Below, one piece after another: positions 18,798 through 26,086 of a stretch of DNA of 64,000 bases. The notes below the pieces were generated by a model. The model saw only the letters and a list, made by a program, of their open reading frames with translations. It was not told the DNA's origin and made no database searches. Position 1 is the first letter of the stretch, and each line of letters starts with the position of its first letter. This DNA is from an uncultured Chloroflexia bacterium. Lineage in GTDB: Bacteria > Chloroflexota > Chloroflexia > Thermomicrobiales > CFX8. A program made the position numbers and the translations under genes. The stretch lies in the NCBI GenBank assembly GCA_963729445.1, contig CAVSNU010000002.1:392327-456326 (forward strand), given 5' to 3'.

Positions 18798-19593
18798 GCG
18801 TCATCTCAGCGACCTGAGCACCTGGACTGCGCGTTCCCATGAACACCAGCCGCACGTCAGGATGCGCGCCGGCCGCAAGCAAGCCGGTGGCACGAATCGC
18901 CGTCAACGGGTCGAGCCAGTTCCACAGACCGCCGTTCCAGAGCACGATGGGGTCGTCGCGGCCGATGCCCGCGAACGTCTCTCTGGGACCAGGTCCGGTC
19001 GGCACCGGTAATGGGCCCGGGAGCCCGAATGGCACCACATCGATCAGGTTACGCAGCGTGGGATCTGCCTGGACATGGGCCAGCTCTATCCGGCCTGCCA
19101 CGGTCAACGCCCCCAGCCAGTAGTCACGCTGCCGCTCACTGGCGCAAATGAAGAAATCCCCCAGCGCAAGCAGCCGTCCAAGAATGGTGACGTCGTCCTT
19201 GCGGTTCGGCTCACCCCGTTGAGGGTCGATCCGGGAGTACTCCAGCTTCTCCAGTACCCACGGCGCATAGAGATCAACGACCAGAAAGCGCGACTCCAGC
19301 AGCTCGGCATCCGCGTAGAGGTAGGGCAGGTGCTGAGCGATCACCACCTCGTGCTCGCGAATCAGCTCGACCAGTGCACGTCCACGCTCGTCTTCGTTTG
19401 CGCCGGCATACGAGACGATCGTCACGCCCGGCGGCGGATCGAGTGCAACCGCGTTGGGCGCGGCCAGGGTCACTGGCTGTTGTTGGCCGATCACTCGCGC
19501 CAGGTTCCAGTAGCGAATGCCGGAGCCTGCCATACGCTCACCGATCGTGTCGGAGGCAATCAACAAGACTCGGGGTGGGCGAGATACGGTCAC
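18787..19593 (-). CDS. GT1/GT4-type glycosyltransferase, N-terminal fragment
   Basis: PRVLLIASDTIGERMAGSGIRYWNLA... is the N-terminal GT-B half. It ends ...RSPGAQVAEMTHGG*, overlapping the next fragment by 11 nt in another frame. GTG start at 19593 with GGAAGGG RBS. The ORF-track start at 19749 overlaps the divergent GT2 gene. Confidence 0.75.
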   Translation of the reverse strand: MTVSRPPRVLLIASDTIGERMAGSGIRYWNLARVIGQQQPVTLAAPNAVALDPPPGVTIVSYAGANEDERGRALVELIREHEVVIAQHLPYLYADAELLESRFLVVDLYAPWVLEKLEYSRIDPQRGEPNRKDDVTILGRLLALGDFFICASERQRDYWLGALTVAGRIELAHVQADPTLRNLIDVVPFGLPGPLPVPTGPGPRETFAGIGRDDPIVLWNGGLWNWLDPLTAIRATGLLAAGAHPDVRLVFMGTRSPGAQVAEMTHGG

Positions 19594-19650
19594 ATGCGGC
19601 CCTTCCGGCTGGTAGGCTAGCGTCGGCTGACCGCAGTGTGGAGGAGTACA

Positions 19651-20841
19651 GTGGCTGGTAACTGGACCGCGATCGTTATCAACTATAACGGTGAAGGCTT
19701 CATCGAGGCGTGTATTCAGGCGTTGGAATCCAGCGCAGCACGTCCGCAAGAGATTATCGTCGTGGACAACGGCTCGACGGATGCCTCACTCCTGGAGATG
19801 CACGCCTTCCCTCGCGTTCAGGTGCTCGCGCAGGGACGCAACCTGGGGTTCGCTGGTGCTGCGAATGTGGGACTCGCTGCCGTCGAAACAGAGTACGCGG
19901 CCATACTCAATCCCGATGTCGAGGTCGATCGCACCTTTGGCACCAGTTTGATCGAAGCGTTTGATGCCAATCCGAGGCTCGGCGCGGCCGGGCCGCTGCT
20001 GCTCTACCCTGACGGTGAGACCATCCAGCATGCCGGTGGAGTCGTGGAGCGACCGCTGCTGACCACGCGGCATCACCTGTACGGCGAGAAGCTCGGCAGC
20101 GTCACGCTCGTCGAGCGGCCATTCGACTTCGTGACTGGTGGGGCGATGGCACTGAGAATGGAGGCCGTCCGCGAGGTCGGCGGCTTTGATGAGACCTTCT
20201 CACCCGTCTATTATGAGGATGTCGATCTCTGCCTGCGCTTGCAGGCCCACCATTGGGAGGTCAGGTTCGTTCCCGCCCTCAGGGCGCTCCACCACGAGGG
20301 CGTCACCCTGCAGCGTTCGCCGGAGTACTACCACTACCTGCATCGCAACCGCATCAACTTCGCTCTCACGCACCTCTCTGATGCGGAATGGTCGCGGGAG
20401 TTCGTGCCCGCCGAGATTGCCCGGCTGCGGAATGAGCTGCAGCACCTGGAGCACGACGAGTGGCTGACCGTCTCCGGCGCGAATGCAATTGAGAACCTGT
20501 TGCGCTCCGCCTCTAGCTGGGAGCTTTCACCACTGCTACACGGCGACGCATATGATGGCCTGCGCCAGTCACTGGAGGAGACACGCAATCTCTGGGAGGT
20601 GACCGGAAAGCCGCAGCGCTCGCGTATCCCGTTGGCCGGGACGCTGCGCAACCTCATGAATAGACTCGGCCCCGGGCAAGCCCTCGACGCCGCCCTGACC
20701 GAGCAACGCGCGTTTAATGCCGCGGTCGTGCGTACGCTTGAGGCCCAGGACCGGCTCCACAGAGCGCAGCTCGCGGCGACACTCCTGATCGCGCTGGATG
20801 TACTGCACCGCCTGCGTCATCGCGACACCGATCGCGGTTGA
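19651..20841 (+). CDS. family-2 glycosyltransferase
   Basis: WTAIVINYNGE.FI..C..AL......P.EIIVVDNGSTD and a later DVDLCLR motif. GTG at 19651 follows GGAGGAG. The ORF-track start is 19636. Confidence 0.85.
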   Translation: MAGNWTAIVINYNGEGFIEACIQALESSAARPQEIIVVDNGSTDASLLEMHAFPRVQVLAQGRNLGFAGAANVGLAAVETEYAAILNPDVEVDRTFGTSLIEAFDANPRLGAAGPLLLYPDGETIQHAGGVVERPLLTTRHHLYGEKLGSVTLVERPFDFVTGGAMALRMEAVREVGGFDETFSPVYYEDVDLCLRLQAHHWEVRFVPALRALHHEGVTLQRSPEYYHYLHRNRINFALTHLSDAEWSREFVPAEIARLRNELQHLEHDEWLTVSGANAIENLLRSASSWELSPLLHGDAYDGLRQSLEETRNLWEVTGKPQRSRIPLAGTLRNLMNRLGPGQALDAALTEQRAFNAAVVRTLEAQDRLHRAQLAATLLIALDVLHRLRHRDTDRG

Positions 20842-20899
20842 ACACGCCGCGTACGAGCCTTCCCAGAAACCAGGTGTTCCAGCGTGATTAGCCGGTCGT

Positions 20900-21120
20900 T
20901 AATCGGGCATCCTGAGCGTTCATCAGTCATCCTGAGCTTGATAGTCATCCTGAGCGCAAGCGAAGGATCTCTGGTCCAACGACTCGGGAGTCAGGCAAGA
21001 GATCCTTCCTTACGTCAGGATGACTGATGAACGCTCAGGGTGCCCGATTAGGTGCTCAGACGCCTGGTCAGGTGATGCCTGATTACATGCTCAAGGTGAC
21101 TAACGAGCTCAAAATGACTG
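20900..21120. repeat. family A palindromic repeat, near-perfect 151-bp copy plus degenerate tail
   Basis: The left arm TAATCGGGCATCCTGAGCGTTCATCAGTCATCCTGAGC (20900-20937) pairs with the right arm at 21014-21050 with one or two mismatches. The core is GCAAGCGAAGGATCTC ... GAGATCCTTCCTTACGTCAGGATGAC. Degenerate GCTCA(G/A)G(G/A)TGACT units continue to about 21120. Confidence 0.85.
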
Positions 21121-21191
21121 TACCGTGAACATGTCGCCGGGTGATCGTTGTCGGAATCGGCATGGAGCCTAATGGAGAATCCCAGCCCGGT

Positions 21192-21527
21192 CTACGATGG
21201 CCCCTTACGCTGCCCAAACGGGAACGTCACATCTCCGCCGAAGTAGACGCGCTTCGCCCAGATCGCGCCCGGGCAAAACGGCAGCAGAAACAGCAAGGGC
21301 GACAGACAGACGAAAATGAGGTCCATGCGCAGCGTCACGACGATGGCAATCACCGACAGCACGAGCAGCACGAAGAACGGACCCGCCCACAACAATGCCT
21401 GGCGAGCGTGCTTCTGGATGAACGGGTCCTCCTGGCCTTGCTTCAATGCCACGAGTGGGACCACAGGCGTGAACAGGTAACTGAGCGCCGCGATCATGCG
21501 CTTGTCGGACTGCGGTAGATTAGCCAA
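21192..21527 (-). CDS. DUF4870-like small membrane protein
   Basis: ..D.RMIAALSYLFTPVVPLVAL.....DPFIQKHARQALLW.. followed by TM helices. Confidence 0.65.
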   Translation of the reverse strand: MANLPQSDKRMIAALSYLFTPVVPLVALKQGQEDPFIQKHARQALLWAGPFFVLLVLSVIAIVVTLRMDLIFVCLSPLLFLLPFCPGAIWAKRVYFGGDVTFPFGQRKGPS

Positions 21528-22173
21528 CCTGGTACCGATCGTATGCCGCGCTGAACTTGCCGCCGGCCAGAAGCTCTTCGCGCATGCTCGTCTCTGCCTC
21601 CGCCAGCGACTCGACTTCCGCCAGCACCTCCTTGGCGATCTCCACTGGGATCACGACCACACCATCGGAATCACCGACGATGATGTCCCCAGTGCGCACC
21701 AGTACGCCACCGAGCATCACCGGATGTCCGAACCCGGTCATCCGCCAGCGCAAGATAGAGCTGACCGGCGACCGATGACGGGCAAATACCGGGAAGCCCA
21801 TCTCCAACAGTTTGGGAACGTCGCGCGTACCGCCATCAATGACTGCGCCGCGGCAACCCCGTCCCTTGGCGGCCGTGCTCATCAGCTCACCCCAGTGTGC
21901 CGCGTAGCTGTCCCCGCTCGAGTCGACGACCGCCACCGAGTGTTCGGGGATCTCGTCCAGGAACTGCTTCCGCATGTCCCAGTCGTCGCCCTCCAGCTCG
22001 GTCGCCGGCGCGCCCTTGCAGGTGAACGCCGCTCCGGCCAGCCGGTCATCGAGCGTCAAGCCCTGGATTCCGCCGTCGACAATCTGATTGCGCAATCCGC
22101 GCTTGTCCAGCACATCGCCAATTGCGGCCGAGTACAAGGCCGCGTAGCGATCGCAGAGATCTGCCAAATTCAT
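21520..22173 (-). CDS. RraA-family protein (RNase E regulator / 4-hydroxy-4-methyl-2-oxoglutarate aldolase fold)
   Basis: ..AAIGDVL...G........GI..L......AG.AFT.......D... and GAVIDGGTRDV motifs. ATG at 22173 with GGGAGAAG RBS. The ORF-track N-terminal extension would include a terminator hairpin. Confidence 0.8.
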   Translation of the reverse strand: MNLADLCDRYAALYSAAIGDVLDKRGLRNQIVDGGIQGLTLDDRLAGAAFTCKGAPATELEGDDWDMRKQFLDEIPEHSVAVVDSSGDSYAAHWGELMSTAAKGRGCRGAVIDGGTRDVPKLLEMGFPVFARHRSPVSSILRWRMTGFGHPVMLGGVLVRTGDIIVGDSDGVVVIPVEIAKEVLAEVESLAEAETSMREELLAGGKFSAAYDRYQVG

Positions 22174-22231
22174 CGCTTCTCCCAACTCGAATCCATCGTC
22201 CACGCACAGTCTAACCGACCAGCACATAATG

Positions 22232-22263
22232 GAGCCCACGGACCGAACGAAGTCCGTGGGCTC
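22232..22263 (-). terminator. 12-bp hairpin downstream of the CHRD-protein gene
   Basis: GAGCCCACGGAC-8 nt-GTCCGTGGGCTC lies 45 nt after the stop at 22308. The U-tract is weak. Confidence 0.4.
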
Positions 22264-22307
22264 GTAGCTGCTTCGTGAAGGACGGCGTTGCGCCTTCGCA
22301 GCGGACG

Positions 22308-24002
22308 CTAGTGCACGTGTTCCTCGCCTGAGTACTGCACAATGTCACCACGGATCTCGCCGGCCGGATTCGTGACGGTGTGCACGTTGGTATAGGTCAG
22401 TCCTGCCGCCATGGAGTCCACCAGGGACTCAATGGTCATACCCTCGAGGGCGCCGGTCAGATCTTCCGCCGCGATCAGCCCCGACCCGATGATGCCGTTG
22501 TACGCGACACCACCCTCAACATCGGTATAGTCGGCCAACCAGGCCACGACGCCACCTGTCCCTTCACCTTCATTCAACTGATGGATATGGGCCATCGTCA
22601 CGCCTTCAAGATTCTCGATGGCCAGCACGAAGACGATCGCTTCGCCGTCCGCCGTCATCTGATACGTTGCGAACCCGCTCCCATCACTCTCCACCGGTTC
22701 CGGTCGCTCGTTCTCGCCCGAGAGCGTAGACGCGAAACCATCCTGCGGCATGATCAACCCGCAGGCAACCGGCAGCGAAGGATCGTACGTACCATCGAGG
22801 GTCAGCCCGTGCACGACGATCGTGTGGGAGGCCAACTCCGCGACCGTGCCATCGAACGCGTAGGTTTGATCGAACGTGATGGCACCGCTTGCGTCGGCAG
22901 TTGGATACGGCTCCAGAGGAACGACGACACCGCCATAGGCAGGCGCACCCTCTTCAAGGCTCAGGATCCCGTCGTCTCCGGCCATGTCAGGCGTGGGACA
23001 GTACGACTGGGTTGCCCCGCCGTCCCCATGGATGTGCAGCATGTGTTCCTGGTCGGCGTCCAGACCGGATGCCTCGACGACGACGCTTAGCTGGCCCTCT
23101 GCCAGGGTGAGGGTGGCAGTGCCGGAGACTCCGGATTCGTTCAACGCACCGAAGAGAACGTGAAACTCACCCGCTGCAGCCGGTGGTGGCGGTGGTGGCT
23201 CGACGGCCCCGAGCAGCATGATCTGCCCGCGCAGCTCACCGGTCGGATTCGTGACGGTGTGCACGTTGGTATAGGTCTCCCCGGCTTCCATCGCGTTCAG
23301 GAGATCGTCGAGGGTCATACCCGCAAGGGCACCCGTGAGGTCCTCAGGCGTGATCAACCCGCTCGCGAGGATGCCGTCGGAGGCAACGCCCGCTTCAACG
23401 TCGGTCGCGAACAGGGGCACGACCACGCCGCCGGTGTCAGCGCCTTCGTCTTCGAGATGAATGTGCGCTGCCGTAACGTCGGTAAGTCCATTCACAACCA
23501 GCGTGTAGGCGATCGCGTCGCCGGCAGACGTCAAGACGTAGTTGGCAAAGCCGCTGCCCTCGCTCTCGACCGGTTCTGGGCGCTCATTGGCGCCTGAGAG
23601 CTCGGAAACGAAGCTGCCTTCCGGCATGATCAAGCCGCAAGCGGCCGGTAGAGACCCGTCGTATGCACCGTCCAGAGTCATGCCGTGTAGCACGATCGTG
23701 TGCGCGGAGAGATCGAAACTCGGGTCCTCCAGCGTAAAGGTCTGCTCGAAGGTCACATTACCGTCAGCGTCGGCCGTGGGGTACGGCTGCAGGTCGATGA
23801 CCACGCCACCGTAGGCGGGCAGGCCCTCCTCGAGGGTCAGCACACCATCGTCACCAGCCATCGCGGGCGTCGGGCAGATCGACTGCTGGCCATCGTCGAA
23901 ACCATGGATGTGCTGCGCGTGAGCGGCGTCCGCCTCCAGACCGCTGGCCTCGATCGAGACGGTTAGCTGATCGCCGGCGAGCGAGAGCGTTCCGGTGCCG
24001 GA
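22308..24002 (-). CDS. secreted multi-CHRD-domain protein, C-terminal fragment ((HIHG module - CHRD) x 2)
   Basis: There are two CHRD domains (L.G.NERPEPVES.GSGFA......G.AI.....V.GL..VT.AHIH....G..TGGVV..L ... TYTNVHTVTNP.GE.RG.I), each preceded by an approx. 150-aa module containing H..HIHG. The frame stays open upstream of the track's first ATG (23861) to about 24002. There it continues the sense of the upstream ORF (SGTGTLSLAGDQLTVSIEASGLEADAAHAQHIHGFDDG...). Confidence 0.8.
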   Translation of the reverse strand, partial: SGTGTLSLAGDQLTVSIEASGLEADAAHAQHIHGFDDGQQSICPTPAMAGDDGVLTLEEGLPAYGGVVIDLQPYPTADADGNVTFEQTFTLEDPSFDLSAHTIVLHGMTLDGAYDGSLPAACGLIMPEGSFVSELSGANERPEPVESEGSGFANYVLTSAGDAIAYTLVVNGLTDVTAAHIHLEDEGADTGGVVVPLFATDVEAGVASDGILASGLITPEDLTGALAGMTLDDLLNAMEAGETYTNVHTVTNPTGELRGQIMLLGAVEPPPPPPAAAGEFHVLFGALNESGVSGTATLTLAEGQLSVVVEASGLDADQEHMLHIHGDGGATQSYCPTPDMAGDDGILSLEEGAPAYGGVVVPLEPYPTADASGAITFDQTYAFDGTVAELASHTIVVHGLTLDGTYDPSLPVACGLIMPQDGFASTLSGENERPEPVESDGSGFATYQMTADGEAIVFVLAIENLEGVTMAHIHQLNEGEGTGGVVAWLADYTDVEGGVAYNGIIGSGLIAAEDLTGALEGMTIESLVDSMAAGLTYTNVHTVTNPAGEIRGDIVQYSGEEHVH

Positions 24003-25357
24003 ACACCGGATTCATTTAATGCGCCAAACATGACACTGAACGCCTGGGCTGTTGGAGGCCCGCCGTCGTCGGCCAGACTGAGCTGGCCGCGAATCTCCCC
24101 GCCAGGGTTCTGGGTCGTGTGCACGTTGACGTAGGTATTGCCCTGTTCCATCTGGTACATCAGGTGTTCGAGGGTCAGACCCTCCAGGGGGCCGATGAGA
24201 TCCTCATCGGTCAACGTGCCGGTCGCGAGCGTTCCGGTACCGCTAAACTCACCCTGGAACAGGAACGCGACCACTGGACCGTTCTCACCCTCAGCGCCCA
24301 GATGGATATGCGAGGCGGTCACGTTCTCGATGTCGGCGACGTTCACCTCGAAGCCGAGGGTGCCTGCCTCATCAACAAAGACCGTTGCGTCGCCGCTGGC
24401 CTGCGTCTCAACTGGTGGAACCTCTGAAGCGCCCGTCAGCTCGGCGACGAGCACCTGGTCAACCAGTGGACTCTTCGGCGGACCGATCTCGTAACGCCAC
24501 TCGTAGTAGTGCATGCCTACGTTGCCGGCCTCAACCTGGAAGCCTGCGGCGTTCGTCGGGGTATAGGTCAAAACGCGGCGCTCGAAGGCCTGCGTCAGCA
24601 CCCAATGCGACGATCCGTTCACCATGATGTGCAACCAGTACGCCTCGGTGATGGGGAGGCCGGTGGCGTAGTACGGGTTCAGGAACAGCTGGTCGTTCAC
24701 GAACACCCCGTCCTCGTACACCGCTCCGGAGGAGGTCATGAACTCCCAGAAGATGGACGCCGTGCGGTGGCCCGTTGCCGGAGCCAATTCGCCGGCCGTT
24801 ACGTTGAACTGGGCTAGACTCTCGTCATCGCCGACATTGCCATCAACGTCGACCGTCGACGTGATGACGCTGCCCTCGGCATATGCCGCGGAGTCCATCA
24901 GGCCGCCATAGGTTGCGTAGGTCGGGGTCTCGGCATGGCCGGAGTCACCGGCGATGTTTACCGGCGCCGGAGCACGCTCTTCGAACTCGGAATCGCCTAC
25001 CTGCATCATGCCCGTCATCAACTCGACGACCAGCAGCCCGTTGGTCACGTACCAGAGACCGTCATCCGGCGCGTCCGGGTGGTTGATCTCCATACGAGAC
25101 TTGTCAAAATATTGAACGTCCCGCACGCCACTCGGCGAATCCACGTACGGTTCCTGGAGCACCTCGGTGTTCGCCTCGGGCCCCCAGATCCAGGTGCGCT
25201 CGACTATGTCATCAGCGACTGGTTTGTCAGTGCGTGCCCAGGTGCGCTCAAACGGACCAGGTGCCGGCGCGACAGCGAATGCCGGCGCGGCCATCATGGT
25301 CATCAGGAGCAATGCCGACACCAGAGCGATAAGCTTCTTCAACGAAGCGTTCAACAC
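23963..25357 (-). CDS. secreted multi-CHRD-domain protein, N-terminal fragment (signal peptide - LGFP-like domain - CHRD)
   Basis: Signal peptide MLNASLKKLIALVSALLLMTMMAAPAFA and a conserved domain (ERTWIWGPE...VQYFDKSRMEINHPDAPDDGLWYVTNGLLVVEL...WVLTQAFERRVLTYTP...GNVGMHYYEWRYE). One CHRD domain follows (...ASHIHLGAEGENGPVV...YVNVHTTQNPGGEIRGQL). It ends ...FGALNESGVPAPERSRSPAIS* where the paralogous internal repeat reads FGALNESGVSGTATLTL. Confidence 0.8.
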   Translation of the reverse strand: MLNASLKKLIALVSALLLMTMMAAPAFAVAPAPGPFERTWARTDKPVADDIVERTWIWGPEANTEVLQEPYVDSPSGVRDVQYFDKSRMEINHPDAPDDGLWYVTNGLLVVELMTGMMQVGDSEFEERAPAPVNIAGDSGHAETPTYATYGGLMDSAAYAEGSVITSTVDVDGNVGDDESLAQFNVTAGELAPATGHRTASIFWEFMTSSGAVYEDGVFVNDQLFLNPYYATGLPITEAYWLHIMVNGSSHWVLTQAFERRVLTYTPTNAAGFQVEAGNVGMHYYEWRYEIGPPKSPLVDQVLVAELTGASEVPPVETQASGDATVFVDEAGTLGFEVNVADIENVTASHIHLGAEGENGPVVAFLFQGEFSGTGTLATGTLTDEDLIGPLEGLTLEHLMYQMEQGNTYVNVHTTQNPGGEIRGQLSLADDGGPPTAQAFSVMFGALNESGVPAPERSRSPAIS

Positions 25358-25684
25358 TGCGTCTCCCCTCTTCCATCATGCAACATGTAGAGATCCGTCC
25401 TATCCCGATCGCGCCTGATTCAGGGCGCGCCTAGGCATAGGCAGTAGACAGCGTGAAGCACCCACTTACCCACAACTGTGGCCGCCCCTCCTCTCCAACC
25501 CTGCAAGAATCGTCTGTCAACACGTTATTCCTACGCTTGGATGGTGAGAGTGGATGACCCTCCAGTCTGGAAACGGTGCGCAACGCGGCGTTTCGTCGAG
25601 ATTGAATGATGAGGATCTTCTGCTCCAACGGCACTCAGCACCACTGTTGCCGGCCGCCTGCCGTCTGGTTTCGCGGTCGGTTTT

Positions 25685-25900
25685 GTCAGTCAGGCGTTCA
25701 GCTGGGTTCGCAAGCGAAGGATCAGCTGAAGATCACGACGCTCGCGGGAGTCAAGTCACGTCAGTCATCCTGTCGCTGCAAGCGAAGGATGTGACTGAGT
25801 GAACACCCGGGATCGAGCTGCGTAGAACTTACCTCGGATGACTTCAGGATGACTGATGAACACCCAGGATGACTGATGAACGCTGAGGGCGACTGGTAAA
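25685..25900. repeat. family A repeat, degenerate composite copy
   Basis: Two GCAAGCGAAGGAT cores (about 25710 and 25779), one GTCAGTCATCCTG head and three tails (CGGATGACTTCAGGATGACTGATGAAC, CCAGGATGACTGATGAACGCTGAGGG). Confidence 0.65.
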
Positions 25901-25999
25901 GCGCTAAGATCGACTGGTCAGGCCCATTGCCAACATCGCGCCACCACGCAGGTCGATATTTCCGACAAACGCTCAAGCGGAAGGAATCCCTGGGCACAC

Positions 26000-26032
26000 G
26001 AAGACCCCCGTGGATGTTCCACGAGGGTCTTC
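26000..26032 (-). terminator. 15-bp (1 mismatch) hairpin downstream of the tandem-repeat protein gene
   Basis: GAAGACCCCCGTGGA-tgt-TCCACGAGGGTCTTC lies 55 nt after the stop at 26087. There is no strong U-tract. Confidence 0.4.
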
Positions 26033-26086
26033 ACAGTTCCTTGCCTCGTTGACCTGGATCAGCGCTCCACCGTACGGAACCTCGAT

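Noticed and set aside
18113-18842. The 3' two-thirds of the 455-aa 'L25' ORF, considered as a genuine C-terminal fusion domain.
   Set aside because: It begins right after the normal acidic Ctc tail and crosses a strong terminator hairpin. It is entirely antisense to a well-supported glycosyltransferase gene and has no recognisable domain. It is best explained by a lost stop or frame error.
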